Shown one piece after another: positions 35,723 through 45,749 of a DNA stretch of 57,899 nt. The stretch is from Macrostomum lignano (Eukaryota). The notes beneath the pieces were generated by a model. It was not told the origin of the DNA. It saw only the letters and a list, made by a program, of their open reading frames with translations, and made no database searches. Within the stretch, counting starts at the first letter, position 1, and each line of letters opens with the position of its first letter. The translations under genes and the position numbers were made by a program. The stretch covers positions 1 through 57,899 of the forward strand of contig NIVC01004149.1 of assembly GCA_002269645.1 (NCBI GenBank), given 5' to 3'.

Positions 35723-38700
35723 CTAAACCCAATATCCACCTCCTAAACCTAACCTCCAATGCCCGAACGGTAGACTGTTGATATTGTCATCAAAAATGAA
35801 TCTCTTGTTATCTGCACCTGACAGTCCAATCTTCTTTTGCTGAATTGTGTGAATAATATGGTTTTTAGATTGTAGCTTTGAGAACTCATGTGATGTCTTT
35901 TTGTTGCAATTCAAGGCGTCTCTGTATTCAGCTTCATTAATTTCCTTCCTAACACACGTTTCGGAATTCCCTTTGATTTTTTATTGGGTCTGACGACTCA
36001 CATTTTATAAAATAGGACTTTGCTCTCAACCCAATGAATTCAGTGATTATGTCACCAGCAATCTCGTCCTTCATTTTCCCAATCACTTTCTTGTTAGTGG
36101 CGTCAAACACTTGATCGCCATTCTGTGTCCTGAAAGATTCATCATACTCAGACAAGTCAAACAAATCTTTTTGCTGCAGCATGTCCTGATAAATGTCTTC
36201 TGTTTGAATGTCCATAATAAAACTGTCTGTGTCAGTGTACAAGAGTTTCATTTTATCCTTGTACTGCTGCTTCATGCCATAGAAGAACTGGTACATCAGA
36301 CGTTTTGATTCGTCGAGAACAGTGACACCTGTATAGATCGGCTTGCGCAGCGTCACCTTGGTTTTGTAAAATATGATCACACCTAAGTAGCTATTAAAGA
36401 TATGGAGTTCTTTGAATGTTGGCTTTGACATATTTGCCTGAATAACATCAGGCTCTGATGAGGTAACAAGTTTCAGGTTTGTTCTTTTCCGCTCATTCTC
36501 AAGAGTCTTGCCATAGACAGAGTTGTTGGCCAACTTAAAGAGGTTCTTGTCAAAGTCGTTGGTTGCTTTGGTCCTAAACTGGGTGTTCTTATCAATGTAG
36601 GGTTTCATCCACGCTTCCTCTGTAAATGTAAGAGCCCGGTGAACTTGGTGACCCTGCAACCAAGTGAGATAAAATACTGAAGCAGTTTGTAATGGATTTT
36701 GTAACGTGTCTTGTTGTTTAGATTCTGTGTTAGTTTCTCTGTATGTTCTTTTTCTGTTCCTGACAGGTGCCAAGTTCCATTATTATCATTGGGAGTTTCG
36801 ATTATTTTCGGGCACTTGATGTTCTCTGGGAAGGGTGGAAAGTCAGAGAAATAGTCGTGAAGCTCTGGTGGAATGTAAACATCAACCTCATAAATGGCAG
36901 CCAATGAAAAGTCCCGTTTGAATTCTGATGAGGGTAGCCATCGAAAATCTCTAACTGGAAGATCTTGACTCATCGCCCACCCGTAGAGATTATTAGCGTC
37001 CAAGTAAGTAATGTAGTTTGAGGGCTGCTCCTTATTGTAAGATTCAATGTAGGGATTGTTTGCTTTTGCATACTATGTGCAAATTGAGATTCCCCCTCGC
37101 TTTGACGATTCGACAAAATTGTACATGTCAATGTCTGTAAGAAGTTCAATGTACCAATCTGGATCTTGATCCCATTTCATTTTAAGCAAAGATTCCCAGC
37201 TAGTGGCAGGCAGAGACACATAATGTGCTGGATCGAGGCCATATGCTGTGTACCAGGTGATCTGAAGGTTTCAAACACATCGGCCAGCAGAAACACATCT
37301 GTGTAGAGGTAAAGCAGGTGATACTGGAAGAAGTTTTGACAATTAAAGTAATTATAGACATGCTTCGCGTGCTCATAGTCTTTGTCAGAGATTCCAGAGT
37401 CTGTTAGCTTTGAAAAGAACTTCTTGTGGTGGTAAACCTTCTTCAAATACGTGATACCCAGTAATATTTTCATAGGGGTAGAAGCCTTTGGTTCTCAGGA
37501 GTTTAAATGATTCATCAGTGTTGTTAATTTTACTTGCAAACATCTTTGTATATGTACATTGTTCATCTTTTAGATTCTTGCTTAGTTCGTCTAGACTGGC
37601 AGCTAGAAATTGATATGAATCCTTCAGTCTTATTTTACCTTACCCGAATTATCCTGTTTAATATCAACACACTTAAACTTCTCCTTGTTCTCTGCGATGC
37701 AATCAAGGTGTATGTCTGGAATCATGCCGATTTTTTCAACTATTAAATGCATGTCATAGTTCTTTGCGTTGTGACAAAATATCGTTAGATCATGAATGTT
37801 CGATTTTAGCTTTAGATTACAGGTGTTATGCGCTGCACCTCTAAATTTCCCAGTAAGTGGCAGTGGTCCCTAACGGTGGGGTTTTTAATATTAGTGCAAG
37901 TTAAATGTTTCCTGCAGATGTGGCAATGAGTTGCTGATAGGAAATTGCTTTCATCCTCCTCAGTCATCATTATTGGAACAGGTTGAAGGGTGCTAATCAT
38001 TTTTGCAACTCTAACATTCTGGCAATAAACTGCTCCACACACTGCTCTCCAAAGAAATAATTATACTCAACAAGTCCTTTTGTATTAATAAAGGCATATG
38101 CTACTGAATTGGGGACATGTTTTTGAGTTTGAGTTTGTTTTTGAGTTGGAGTTTGTTTTTGAGTTGGAGTTTGTTTTGAGTTTCTGGCACGATTGAGCAT
38201 TCGAAATCAGCATATACAACAAATGGGAGCTTCTCCATCTTGTGATAGTTCTTAAACCGGAGATACTTCTCTTCAGCTGAAGGAAGAGAGCAGTTTGTCG
38301 GGTGATCCTCGCATGATAATTCATGCTCTGCTAGTTTTTCAAAGCGTTCAGGTCCACTGTAATGCTTAAGGCACAAGCGGCAGATGGCAACAGCCTCGTG
38401 ATGATTATTCAACTGCTTGTGAATGAGTCTTGAAAGATCTTTAATCCAAACATAGTGAGCCTCCTCTAGTAAATTACCAATCACTAGAAGATCCACTTCA
38501 GTCCGCCTTTTCCCCTCGGATCTAAAACGTCTTTGCTACATCTGACCGGTTGAACTTTCTCAGTTTTTCACTCCACTCAAAGACTGTGATTCTAATTTTG
38601 TTATTAAACACTTCTTCTAGCTTTGGGATCTGAGAGATCGCCAAGCCTCCTTTGTCAAACCTGATTCCCTTCTTTTCGCATTCATGAGATAGTAGTTGAA

Positions 38701-39588
38701 ATAATTTTGATAATTTGAGGTTCTTTCGGGGTGGTGAGGGACACTAAAAAGTGCAGAAAGAACTGCCCATAGAGCACAGCAATTGTCTTTATTTTTAACA
38801 TTTATGCAAGCTTTTTTACCGGCTAGCTTATGCGGGAGCTCTATATAAGAGGAGGCTTTAAGTGGGTCATATTTCATGACCATGACAGTCGCTCTTTGAA
38901 TCCCTCCCACGACCCATCCGGAACCTCTGGATGTAAACGCTTCAATTTTCTTATTGACATCTTGAAGGAAAGGATCCAGTGTGTCTGTTGGGGTGAATGG
39001 CTTTGCCTTTGTTGTCATGTAATACTCGAGATGCTCAGTGGGTTTTGCAGGCATATAAAACGCAATCTTGAATGATATCTGTAGTTTAAAGGTCTTGCGT
39101 GTTTTGAGTGTGTGATCAACAACTGATTGGATGCTGTCTTTATAGTCGTAGATGTTTGCGGTGGTACCGTTGGTGCCGTTAATTGGGATTGTGTACTCTA
39201 TGTAATGTTCTGTAAACTTCCTCTGTGCAAAATTAATCTCTTCAGTGGCAAGCTCCGACTCTTTTAAATGGATTAATTGCTCTAATTTCTCTTGTTCCTG
39301 CTTATTTTGTGGGTACTTTGCTTTTTCACCAGTGAGAGTTTCATATTTGTTAACTAAGTTGCGACTCCTCTCTTGGTGTTCCTTTGCAGAATTTTTTATA
39401 GGCGCATACTGGTTTGATTCTAATTGATTGATGATTTCCAACTGTTTTTCATAGCTTCCCAGGTGACCAGGGTCGGTGTTGAACTTTTGTTTGCATGCTT
39501 CTCTTAGTGAATTACTTTTGTCTTGAAATGAGACGCCTTTTGAAAAATATTTGTTGACTAAATCTCTTGCTGGATTAGCTTTTGGCAT
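35723..39588 (-). CDS. Full-length protein-primed DNA polymerase B, broken by multiple 1-nt indels
   Basis: N-terminal GSGWVVGGI...YDPLKASSYIELP...INVKNKDNCCALW, HYVWIKDLSRL, CRLCL zinc motif, VYADFE exonuclease I, endonuclease VII-like CHIC...RDHCH, and polymerase motifs DANNLYG, NSVYGK, YTDTDS. Confidence 0.93.
38120..38185. repeat. 18-bp in-frame tandem repeat inside polB (TQKQTP x3-4)
   Basis: GTTTTTGAGTTGGAGTTT units. Confidence 0.85.
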
Positions 39589-39709
39589 TTTTCTCGAAAA
39601 TATAAAAAAATTTTGAGGGTGACCACCCTGATAGAAAAGTTGAACTGTTTCTACATCCTATAAGTAGTTTAGGTTTATGAAGCTGGATAAAGTGGGGTTT
39701 TAAACCTCA

Positions 39710-40155
39710 TCACATCCGCATTATTGTAAACCCAGCATTGTGCAGTGTCATGATGGCTTTGACAATGTCAGACTTGCTTACAGAATTTTCATGCTCACAA
39801 TCATCACGATCGGGGCAGCCCTCTCCTGCCTTAATTGTTATACCTTTGTCTCTTGCAATCTTTTGCAATTCCAGCTGGTGGGCTCTATCATTCCCAGCTT
39901 TAACAGCAGTTGCTACACCTCCAGCTACACCACCTGCGGCACTTACAGCGCCTGCAATGATCGGAATAAGAGCTGCTAATGGTAGGATTCCTCCTGACTT
40001 TTCATCTGTGATGCTGTGTCTTTGTCATTACACTGAACTATTTGCTGCGTGGGATCGATTTTTACTTTGACACCTTTAATTGATATAATACCTGGTTTCT
40101 TTGATTCAATGATTTTATTGAGTTTATTGATGGTTCTGGTTTCAATCTTTGTCAT
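39710..40155 (-). CDS. Adenovirus protein X (mu precursor)-like core protein, one frameshift near 40020
   Basis: Manual translation: MTKIETRTINKLNKII...(fs)...TDEKSGG|ILPLAALIPIIAGAVSAAGGVAGGVATAVKAGND..., like the pX C-terminal MRGG|ILPLLIPLIAAAIGA. Absent from the supplied track in this frame. Confidence 0.65.
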
Positions 40156-40171
40156 TTTTTATTTTAATATT

Positions 40172-41198
40172 TTAATTAATTTCTGTGTCAGCTGGTATCA
40201 CTAGGAGTTCAGCTCTAGTGAATGACCGCGTGGGGGATTTAGGGTTAAAGGCCTGAGATAAAAAGTAATAGTCACCGGAGTCGGAGGTAAAATGTCTGTC
40301 TATTTTATGTACATCAAGGCTGAAGTATGGATCTGTAGCTCTTCTTTTGGTGTCTTTCTCTAGCTCTCCAGGTAGATATAAAAAGCGTAGAAACTCAGAG
40401 TTTGTCAGTATGTATGGTGATTCAACTCCTGGAAGCTTAGGGTAGTTCGAGGTGTGTTTTGTGTTGTGTGTGTTGTGTGGGGTTGTCGTGTTGTTGTCTG
40501 TTCTATGAGATGCCTTAAGTTCGACAGTGTCTTGTTTAATTGCATGGGATGGTTTCAATCCAGTCATGCGTGTGACTTCATTGTTCAGTTGCTCTATAAC
40601 AGTGGGGAGTCTCTGTCCACTTGGTATAGTACTGCCACTCAGTTTCAGTCTTGCGCTGTCTGCTTAGTGAATAGCCTCTTGGCTAGAGTTAGATTGAATC
40701 TTTCCACAAAAGCCTGGTCTCTGTGCAAGTTTGTTCTGCCATAGCGAATCTCTGTGTTTTTCTTTTCCATAAGGGATTTCACTACACCCATGAATTCCTT
40801 ACCCGGGTCGGTCATAAAGATTTGGGGTATGTGAGCGGAGAGTTTTTATAAATATCTTGCAGTGCGCTGGCAACAACCTCTGACTTCTTCGTCTTGAGTG
40901 GGCGAGCTTCCTTATATCTGGAAGCAATGTCAATAATTGTAAGAGCATACTTGTAGCCTGAGTCGTTGGGGAGAAACAAAAGATCTGCTTGGTGCGCTTC
41001 ATTAGGTTTATAAATACTGAAATGGGCCTTTCAAATTTTACTGGTGGGAAATAGACTTGAAAGACAGCCTGCTTAGAGAGCCATTTTTCTACTGTAGCTT
41101 TTGGCTCTTACTCAGCTCCATGAGTTTACTAACGCATTTTTGCCTACAAAGAATCCTTTGTCGCTGTAGTAGAGTTTTTTAAGTTTCTGATCTGTCAT
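40172..41198 (-). CDS. Retroviral-like (rve, DDE) integrase, frameshifted
   Basis: Manual translation: KLYYSDKG...HQADLLFLPNDSGYKYALTIIDIASRYKEARPL...TDPGKEF...HRDQAFVERFNLTL, plus a C-terminal RSFTRAELLVIP. Confidence 0.9.
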
Positions 41199-41227
41199 TT
41201 ATTTAAAAAGAAAATTTAAATAAAATA

Positions 41228-41676
41228 ATGCAGCGCTCTGGTGGTAAAATAGATTCACATGGACTGATAGAAAAGCTTCCTCATCCAAACAAAGGCTGGA
41301 CACTTCCCGGCTATAAATATTGCGGGCCTTTGAATCCACTTGAAATACAGTTAGATAAAAACAATAATCCAAATCCTGGGCATGAGCCTGTGAATGAGCT
41401 AGACTCTGTCTGCATGTGGCATGACGTTAAATATAGAGATTTTCCTGAGGAGAAGAATCGCTGGGACAAAGAAATGCTTAGGAGACTAGACAATATAGGG
41501 GCTTCAAGCGGTGGAAGGAATCGATCGCTCGGAAGCTAGTTAAAGCTGTTATTTTTAGTAAGGCAAAGTTGGGATTGGGAATGGACGTCGAGGGTGGGGT
41601 GGGTTTTGCATTGCACGCGCCAAGCAAAGAATTAGGAAGACTGCTGAAAGAGCTGGGGGTTGAGAGAGCAGAATGA
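41228..41676 (+). CDS. Parvovirus-type phospholipase A2 domain protein (PLA2X-like), frameshifted near 41500
   Basis: WTLPGYKYCGP Ca-binding loop and PVNELDSVCMWHDVKY with the catalytic HD dyad. It continues ...KAKLGLGMDVEGGVGF...ERAE* in another frame. Confidence 0.85.
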
Positions 41677-41955
41677 TTCAAGTGGCTCTAGCGGTTGGAA
41701 AGAAAGCTTGTAAAGGGCGGCTATATTTTCCTTATGACATTTTGCCGTGTGGTGGGGGTGTTGAGCGGAACGGATATGGCAGCTGTTTATTGTCAACCAT
41801 TATCCTATACTCAATGTGCCGCAGATACTGCAGTATTCAATGTGAAAAGTATTCAATGTGAAAAGCAGCAGATACTGCAGTATTCAGTGTGAAAAGTTTT
41901 TTATGTGAAAAAGCAAGAGTCATAGCAGCAAGAATCATTAGTCACAGCAGATTAG

Positions 41956-42591
41956 TTAACCCAGGAGTGCACTGGCCTCTTCTTCTTCTAGCATCTTCAA
42001 TGCCTCATCGGCATACTTAATTATTGAGCGCAGTCGATACAGCGAGATGCCACAACGATTTAGAATAGGGCGAGTGTTGCTGAGTCTTGCCACCCGGATT
42101 AAGAAATTCCCCCAAACCGGCTTAAATCGAAGCTTCATGGCAAACGCTCTATATTCCTCAGCAGACAGTACGAGCTTCATGCGGATCAGAATTTTTCCAG
42201 CCTTTATTCCGTATTGAAGTCCTTGATTTTGTAGTTCATTTATCATTTTTTCAATTTTGTTGAGCTCATTCACAACTTCTGCAATGTCGTGCCTCCCAGA
42301 GACAAATTCCACAGCCGGTTGTGGAATGACACGAGCAAGTGAATCACGGAGTAAGTTCGCAGCCTCATTGATGTGCTCCAACTTCTTTCGTTCGTCAATT
42401 CCTTCCACCCTACCAGTGATAGATGGTAGATTAATCACACACTTATTGAATCGCCTCGCAACTTTGTTAAATTCCTCAATCCAATACTTCGATTGCTTCA
42501 TGTCATCACTCTCGCACATCCTCCTTACTAAAGCAACCAAATCATCCTCAAATGTAGGCATTGCTATGTCCATTGAAATTCTAAAACACAT
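41956..42591 (-). CDS. Hypothetical helical Polinton protein (~205-211 aa)
   Basis: Intact ORF inside element B, convergent with the PLA2 gene. No motif recognised with certainty. Confidence 0.6.
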   Translation of the reverse strand: MCFRISMDIAMPTFEDDLVALVRRMCESDDMKQSKYWIEEFNKVARRFNKCVINLPSITGRVEGIDERKKLEHINEAANLLRDSLARVIPQPAVEFVSGRHDIAEVVNELNKIEKMINELQNQGLQYGIKAGKILIRMKLVLSAEEYRAFAMKLRFKPVWGNFLIRVARLSNTRPILNRCGISLYRLRSIIKYADEALKMLEEEEASALLG

Positions 42592-43272
42592 TGTAGGTGA
42601 AGTAAATGAAAAAAAAGCAGAACTAGTATAAGCAAATATATTAATAATTATTACCTTGCAGATTTAAAAAATATTTAGCGCGTATATGGATACTGAATCG
42701 GGAATCAGTAGTTCTTTAGTAGGTAGAGCTCTGCTCAATACTAAGCTCTACTCTAAGATATGGCTCTAAGAATTTTTCTCAGTGCATTATACAATAGATA
42801 CAGTAGCTTCCGCGCGATCGACACTGACACGGTAACGTTGTTATCCCTGGGCGGCAAATGTGGCAGCAGCTGGTGGAACCGGTTAAAGACACAATACGCT
42901 CTCGTATACCCAGTAAGTATAAATCTATATTAACCCTGGAAGAACTCTGCCCTATACGATTTGCTGTACACGAAATGAGCGGGAGGAAAATCTATAGTTT
43001 ACAACTCCAAGTCCAAGAGGCAAGGCCGTTCTAGCTTCTATTGTGCTACAATTGAGGCACTGGCAAGCAAGAGAGGGAGAGAGGGACGGGACGGAAGCCA
43101 TGGACGGGACGGGGCTGCTAGAGTCTGGCAAGCGGGCAGAATTATAGGGCTATTGCCATATACAATTTGCTGTACACAAAATGAGCGGGAGGAAAATCAA
43201 TATTCTTCTGGATCCGAATAATATCGATTTTGGATTGTGCGAGGATCTACAATATCTTGTTCTTCCTCTACC

Positions 43273-43667
43273 CTATTCATTTCCAACCGTGCAACTAGCT
43301 CGCACGTCGCGGAGGAAATTCTCGGGCGGATAGCCCTGCACACTCAGTGTCTGCTCTTTCCTCCTTATTTCCTCCTGTTTTATGTAAATATACTTGTGAA
43401 TAAATGAACTTAGTATGTTTTTAGTAAACTTCAACTGCCTAATGATTTCTACAAAGTTATAGTAGCTATCGTAATCTTTTACGTAGGTTACTCCATACTT
43501 ATGAAACCAATGTCTTTGGAGAGCTTGATTAATATTAGGGACGATGATATCAACGCCGGGCCAATATTTTCTCATGTACTCGCTGCATTCCTTCTTGCAT
43601 CGGTACTTACTCTTGTAATTAGGCTCGTGCGCTTTGTAATAAGAACCGGAGAGACAACTGGAAACAT
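43273..43667 (-). CDS. Right-TIR copy of the small ORF, extended past the TIR boundary (frameshifted near its start)
   Basis: ATG TTT CCA at 43667. It shares MRKYWP...EIIRQL, then continues ~52 aa into unique sequence. Confidence 0.5.
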
Positions 43668-44183
43668 TTTTAGAGAAAATTTAATTTTTTTTTTCAAAGG
43701 GTAAGGACCCTGGGTTAGGGGATTCAAAGTCTTTGGGATGCGTAGCGAATTGCGAATTGAATGTGTGGAGAAGAATACAGATTGTTTTCTGATTGTTTCG
43801 AAGATGCTATGGGTGGATGTCAGTGGATTATGTAGGACACCTGCTATGCTCTGATTCTGTCGTGGAGGAAGGAGGATAGGTTAGGAGGATTATGTTCGAA
43901 GTTTTGTAAGCGAGTGCGACACCTGTTATGCTCTGATTCAGGGATAATATGGATGGATTTAATGGGATTATGTTCGAAGTTTTCGGAGCAACTAGGACAC
44001 CTGTTATGCTCTGATTCTGTCAGGGATAATATGGATGGATTTAATGGGATTATGGAGGATGTTTTGTGAGCGAGTGCGACCCCCCTTTTTTTCTGATTCT
44101 GTCGGGGATAATATGGATGGATTTAGGTGGATTATGGAGGAGGTGAAAAATTTTGTCCCAGAAGCCCCCTCATGCCTTCTACT
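43432..44183 (-). repeat. Right TIR of the Polinton locus (~750 bp)
   Basis: Ends GAAGCCCCCTCATGCCTTCTACT, the inverse of the termini at 18980 and 28280. Confidence 0.9.
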
Positions 44184-44329
44184 AGCTTATGCTGTATAGA
44201 GAGAAATGGAGACTTTTTTTAAGAAAATTTTTCGTTTGATTTCAATGGAGCCTTAAAAAAGTGGAATTCCCTCAGTCCTCCGGTTTTTTACCATAGACAC
44301 CTTGTTTAAGAGCTGCCACGACTCATGGC

Positions 44330-45749
44330 CACGAAGTGGCACCGATTTGAATTCAATTAGATTTCTTAGATTTCATTTCCCATCGATCAAAGACAAGTGG
44401 CAAGTGGAAAAAATCATAAAAGTGCTAATTTCCACTTGATAGCGATGTCACTGGCAGAAAGAAAGAAAGCCAGCTGTCCAAGCGTTATTTGAAGCATGAT
44501 GCGGTGCCAACTATCTTTCCTAATGCACCAAATTACCTACTACTGTCCAGCAGGCAGCTCAGAGCACATGCACTGCGACATAATCTGCTCGTCTGAAGGC
44601 TGAAAACATGCGTCTCGATGATCAGATTGCTAACTTTCTTTACTATTGATTCAATTCTAATTGCTCGTTCAGAGAAATTCAAGAACTGCTCGATTCAGAG
44701 GAAGCGAGACCAGGGTGGCTTTCCCACTGCAATATGCAACGAGTTCCTGTGCATCTTCATGCTGGAAGTGAATTGCATGTCTGCCAGGTTGCGTGCTCCA
44801 TCTGCATTGGACCCGATCGCAACGTACGGATCTCCTTTGGTTTAAAAGGCGCGGCACTGTTTGCAAGACACGGTGATAGAATTGCTTGGCACAGATAGAA
44901 ACATTTCTGAGCAGTTGAGCAGTAAGCCAAAGAGCTCCAGGAGATCCTTTCGAAAGCTGATGGTCTTGTGCTACATGATCTATTCAGTAAGTGCTGCAGC
45001 CTACGGACTTCTACGTGAACAATCTCGGCTGCCATCAGAGAGAACTCTGCTATCAATCACTCGGAGAATTGAAAAGGATGGATTAGATTATCAGAGTTAA
45101 CTTCGGTTGCGAGCGTCCAACAAGTCGACACAGATGGAGCGAGTTGTGATGCTAATCATTGATAAGATCTATGGGGCCAATCGAATTGAGAATTGAGCTC
45201 CGACTGCACGGTTATTTACTATACAAGCGGAGCAGTCGCTAGGAAGTTCGTGCAAAGAAAGCGAGGATGCGGATCTTCCCGCGACCTTCTGCTTGGCTCT
45301 GACGATCTGCCGCCCCTTCATGAGGTGGGATTGGTGGTGGGACTGACTGATGGTGGGATTGAGGCCACAGCCATTGCCTTCTTGGAGGAGATCAACCGCG
45401 GTGGCCTGTCCAAGCCGTCTGATATCGCTTTTGGGCTGGCCAGACACGTTGGCAGGTGTTCTAGGAGATCTGGCAGAGCGATGAACTGCGCAGACGGCTG
45501 CTGCATTCTCCCAATCAGATGCAGCTGTTCTGTCACTTTATTGACGAGATGATGGATGAAAACTACTATCTGGAACATTTCATGGGTCAGACGATGTGCA
45601 TGGAGTGTCATGATGCGAAAGAAGGACTCGTCTGTGCATTTTTCAACTTTATGATGAAAAATCTTGTCAAAGACATTTCGGTTGGTGGAGCTGGGGCTCG
45701 AAATAAGCGAATGTCGGCTAAACTTTCTAGTGCTAGCTCAAATAAGTAA
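44330..45749 (+). pseudogene. Decayed, internally deleted P-element/THAP9-like transposase
   Basis: THAP end LKHDAVPTIFPNAPNYL (44489), SAAAYGLLREQSRLPSERTL, VMLIIDKIY, then C-terminal YYTSGAVARK...INRGGLSKPS. The catalytic core is missing and there are many stops. Boundaries are approximate. Confidence 0.75.

Larger units (their letters stand above)
28280..44183. mobile_element. Full-length Polinton/Maverick (adintovirus-like) element B, ~15.9 kb
   Basis: AGTAGAAGG...CCTTCTACT termini, ~700-750-bp TIRs, and the full gene set (MCP, mCP, ATPase, protease, pPolB, integrase). No matching 6-bp TSD. Confidence 0.95.

Noticed and set aside
18980-37252. Pure assembly duplication of one element
   Set aside because: Block-wise real differences (TIR ORF, fibre C-terminus, VNTR count, synonymous changes) exceed read error. 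A haplotype chimera is not excluded.
20844-40744. Many antisense or overlapping ORFs in the track (for example 20844, 21252, 21431, 22880, 23193, 27134, 30456, 38830, 39738, 40454)
   Set aside because: They are shadows of real genes on the opposite strand or frame and have no motifs.
18974-44189. 6-bp target-site duplication for the Polinton
   Set aside because: Flanks are CTCTGG (A), TGTGTA (B) and AGCTTA (right), none matching. The TATGCTGT 8-mer seen both before 28280 and after 44183 is offset from the ends and was treated as chance.
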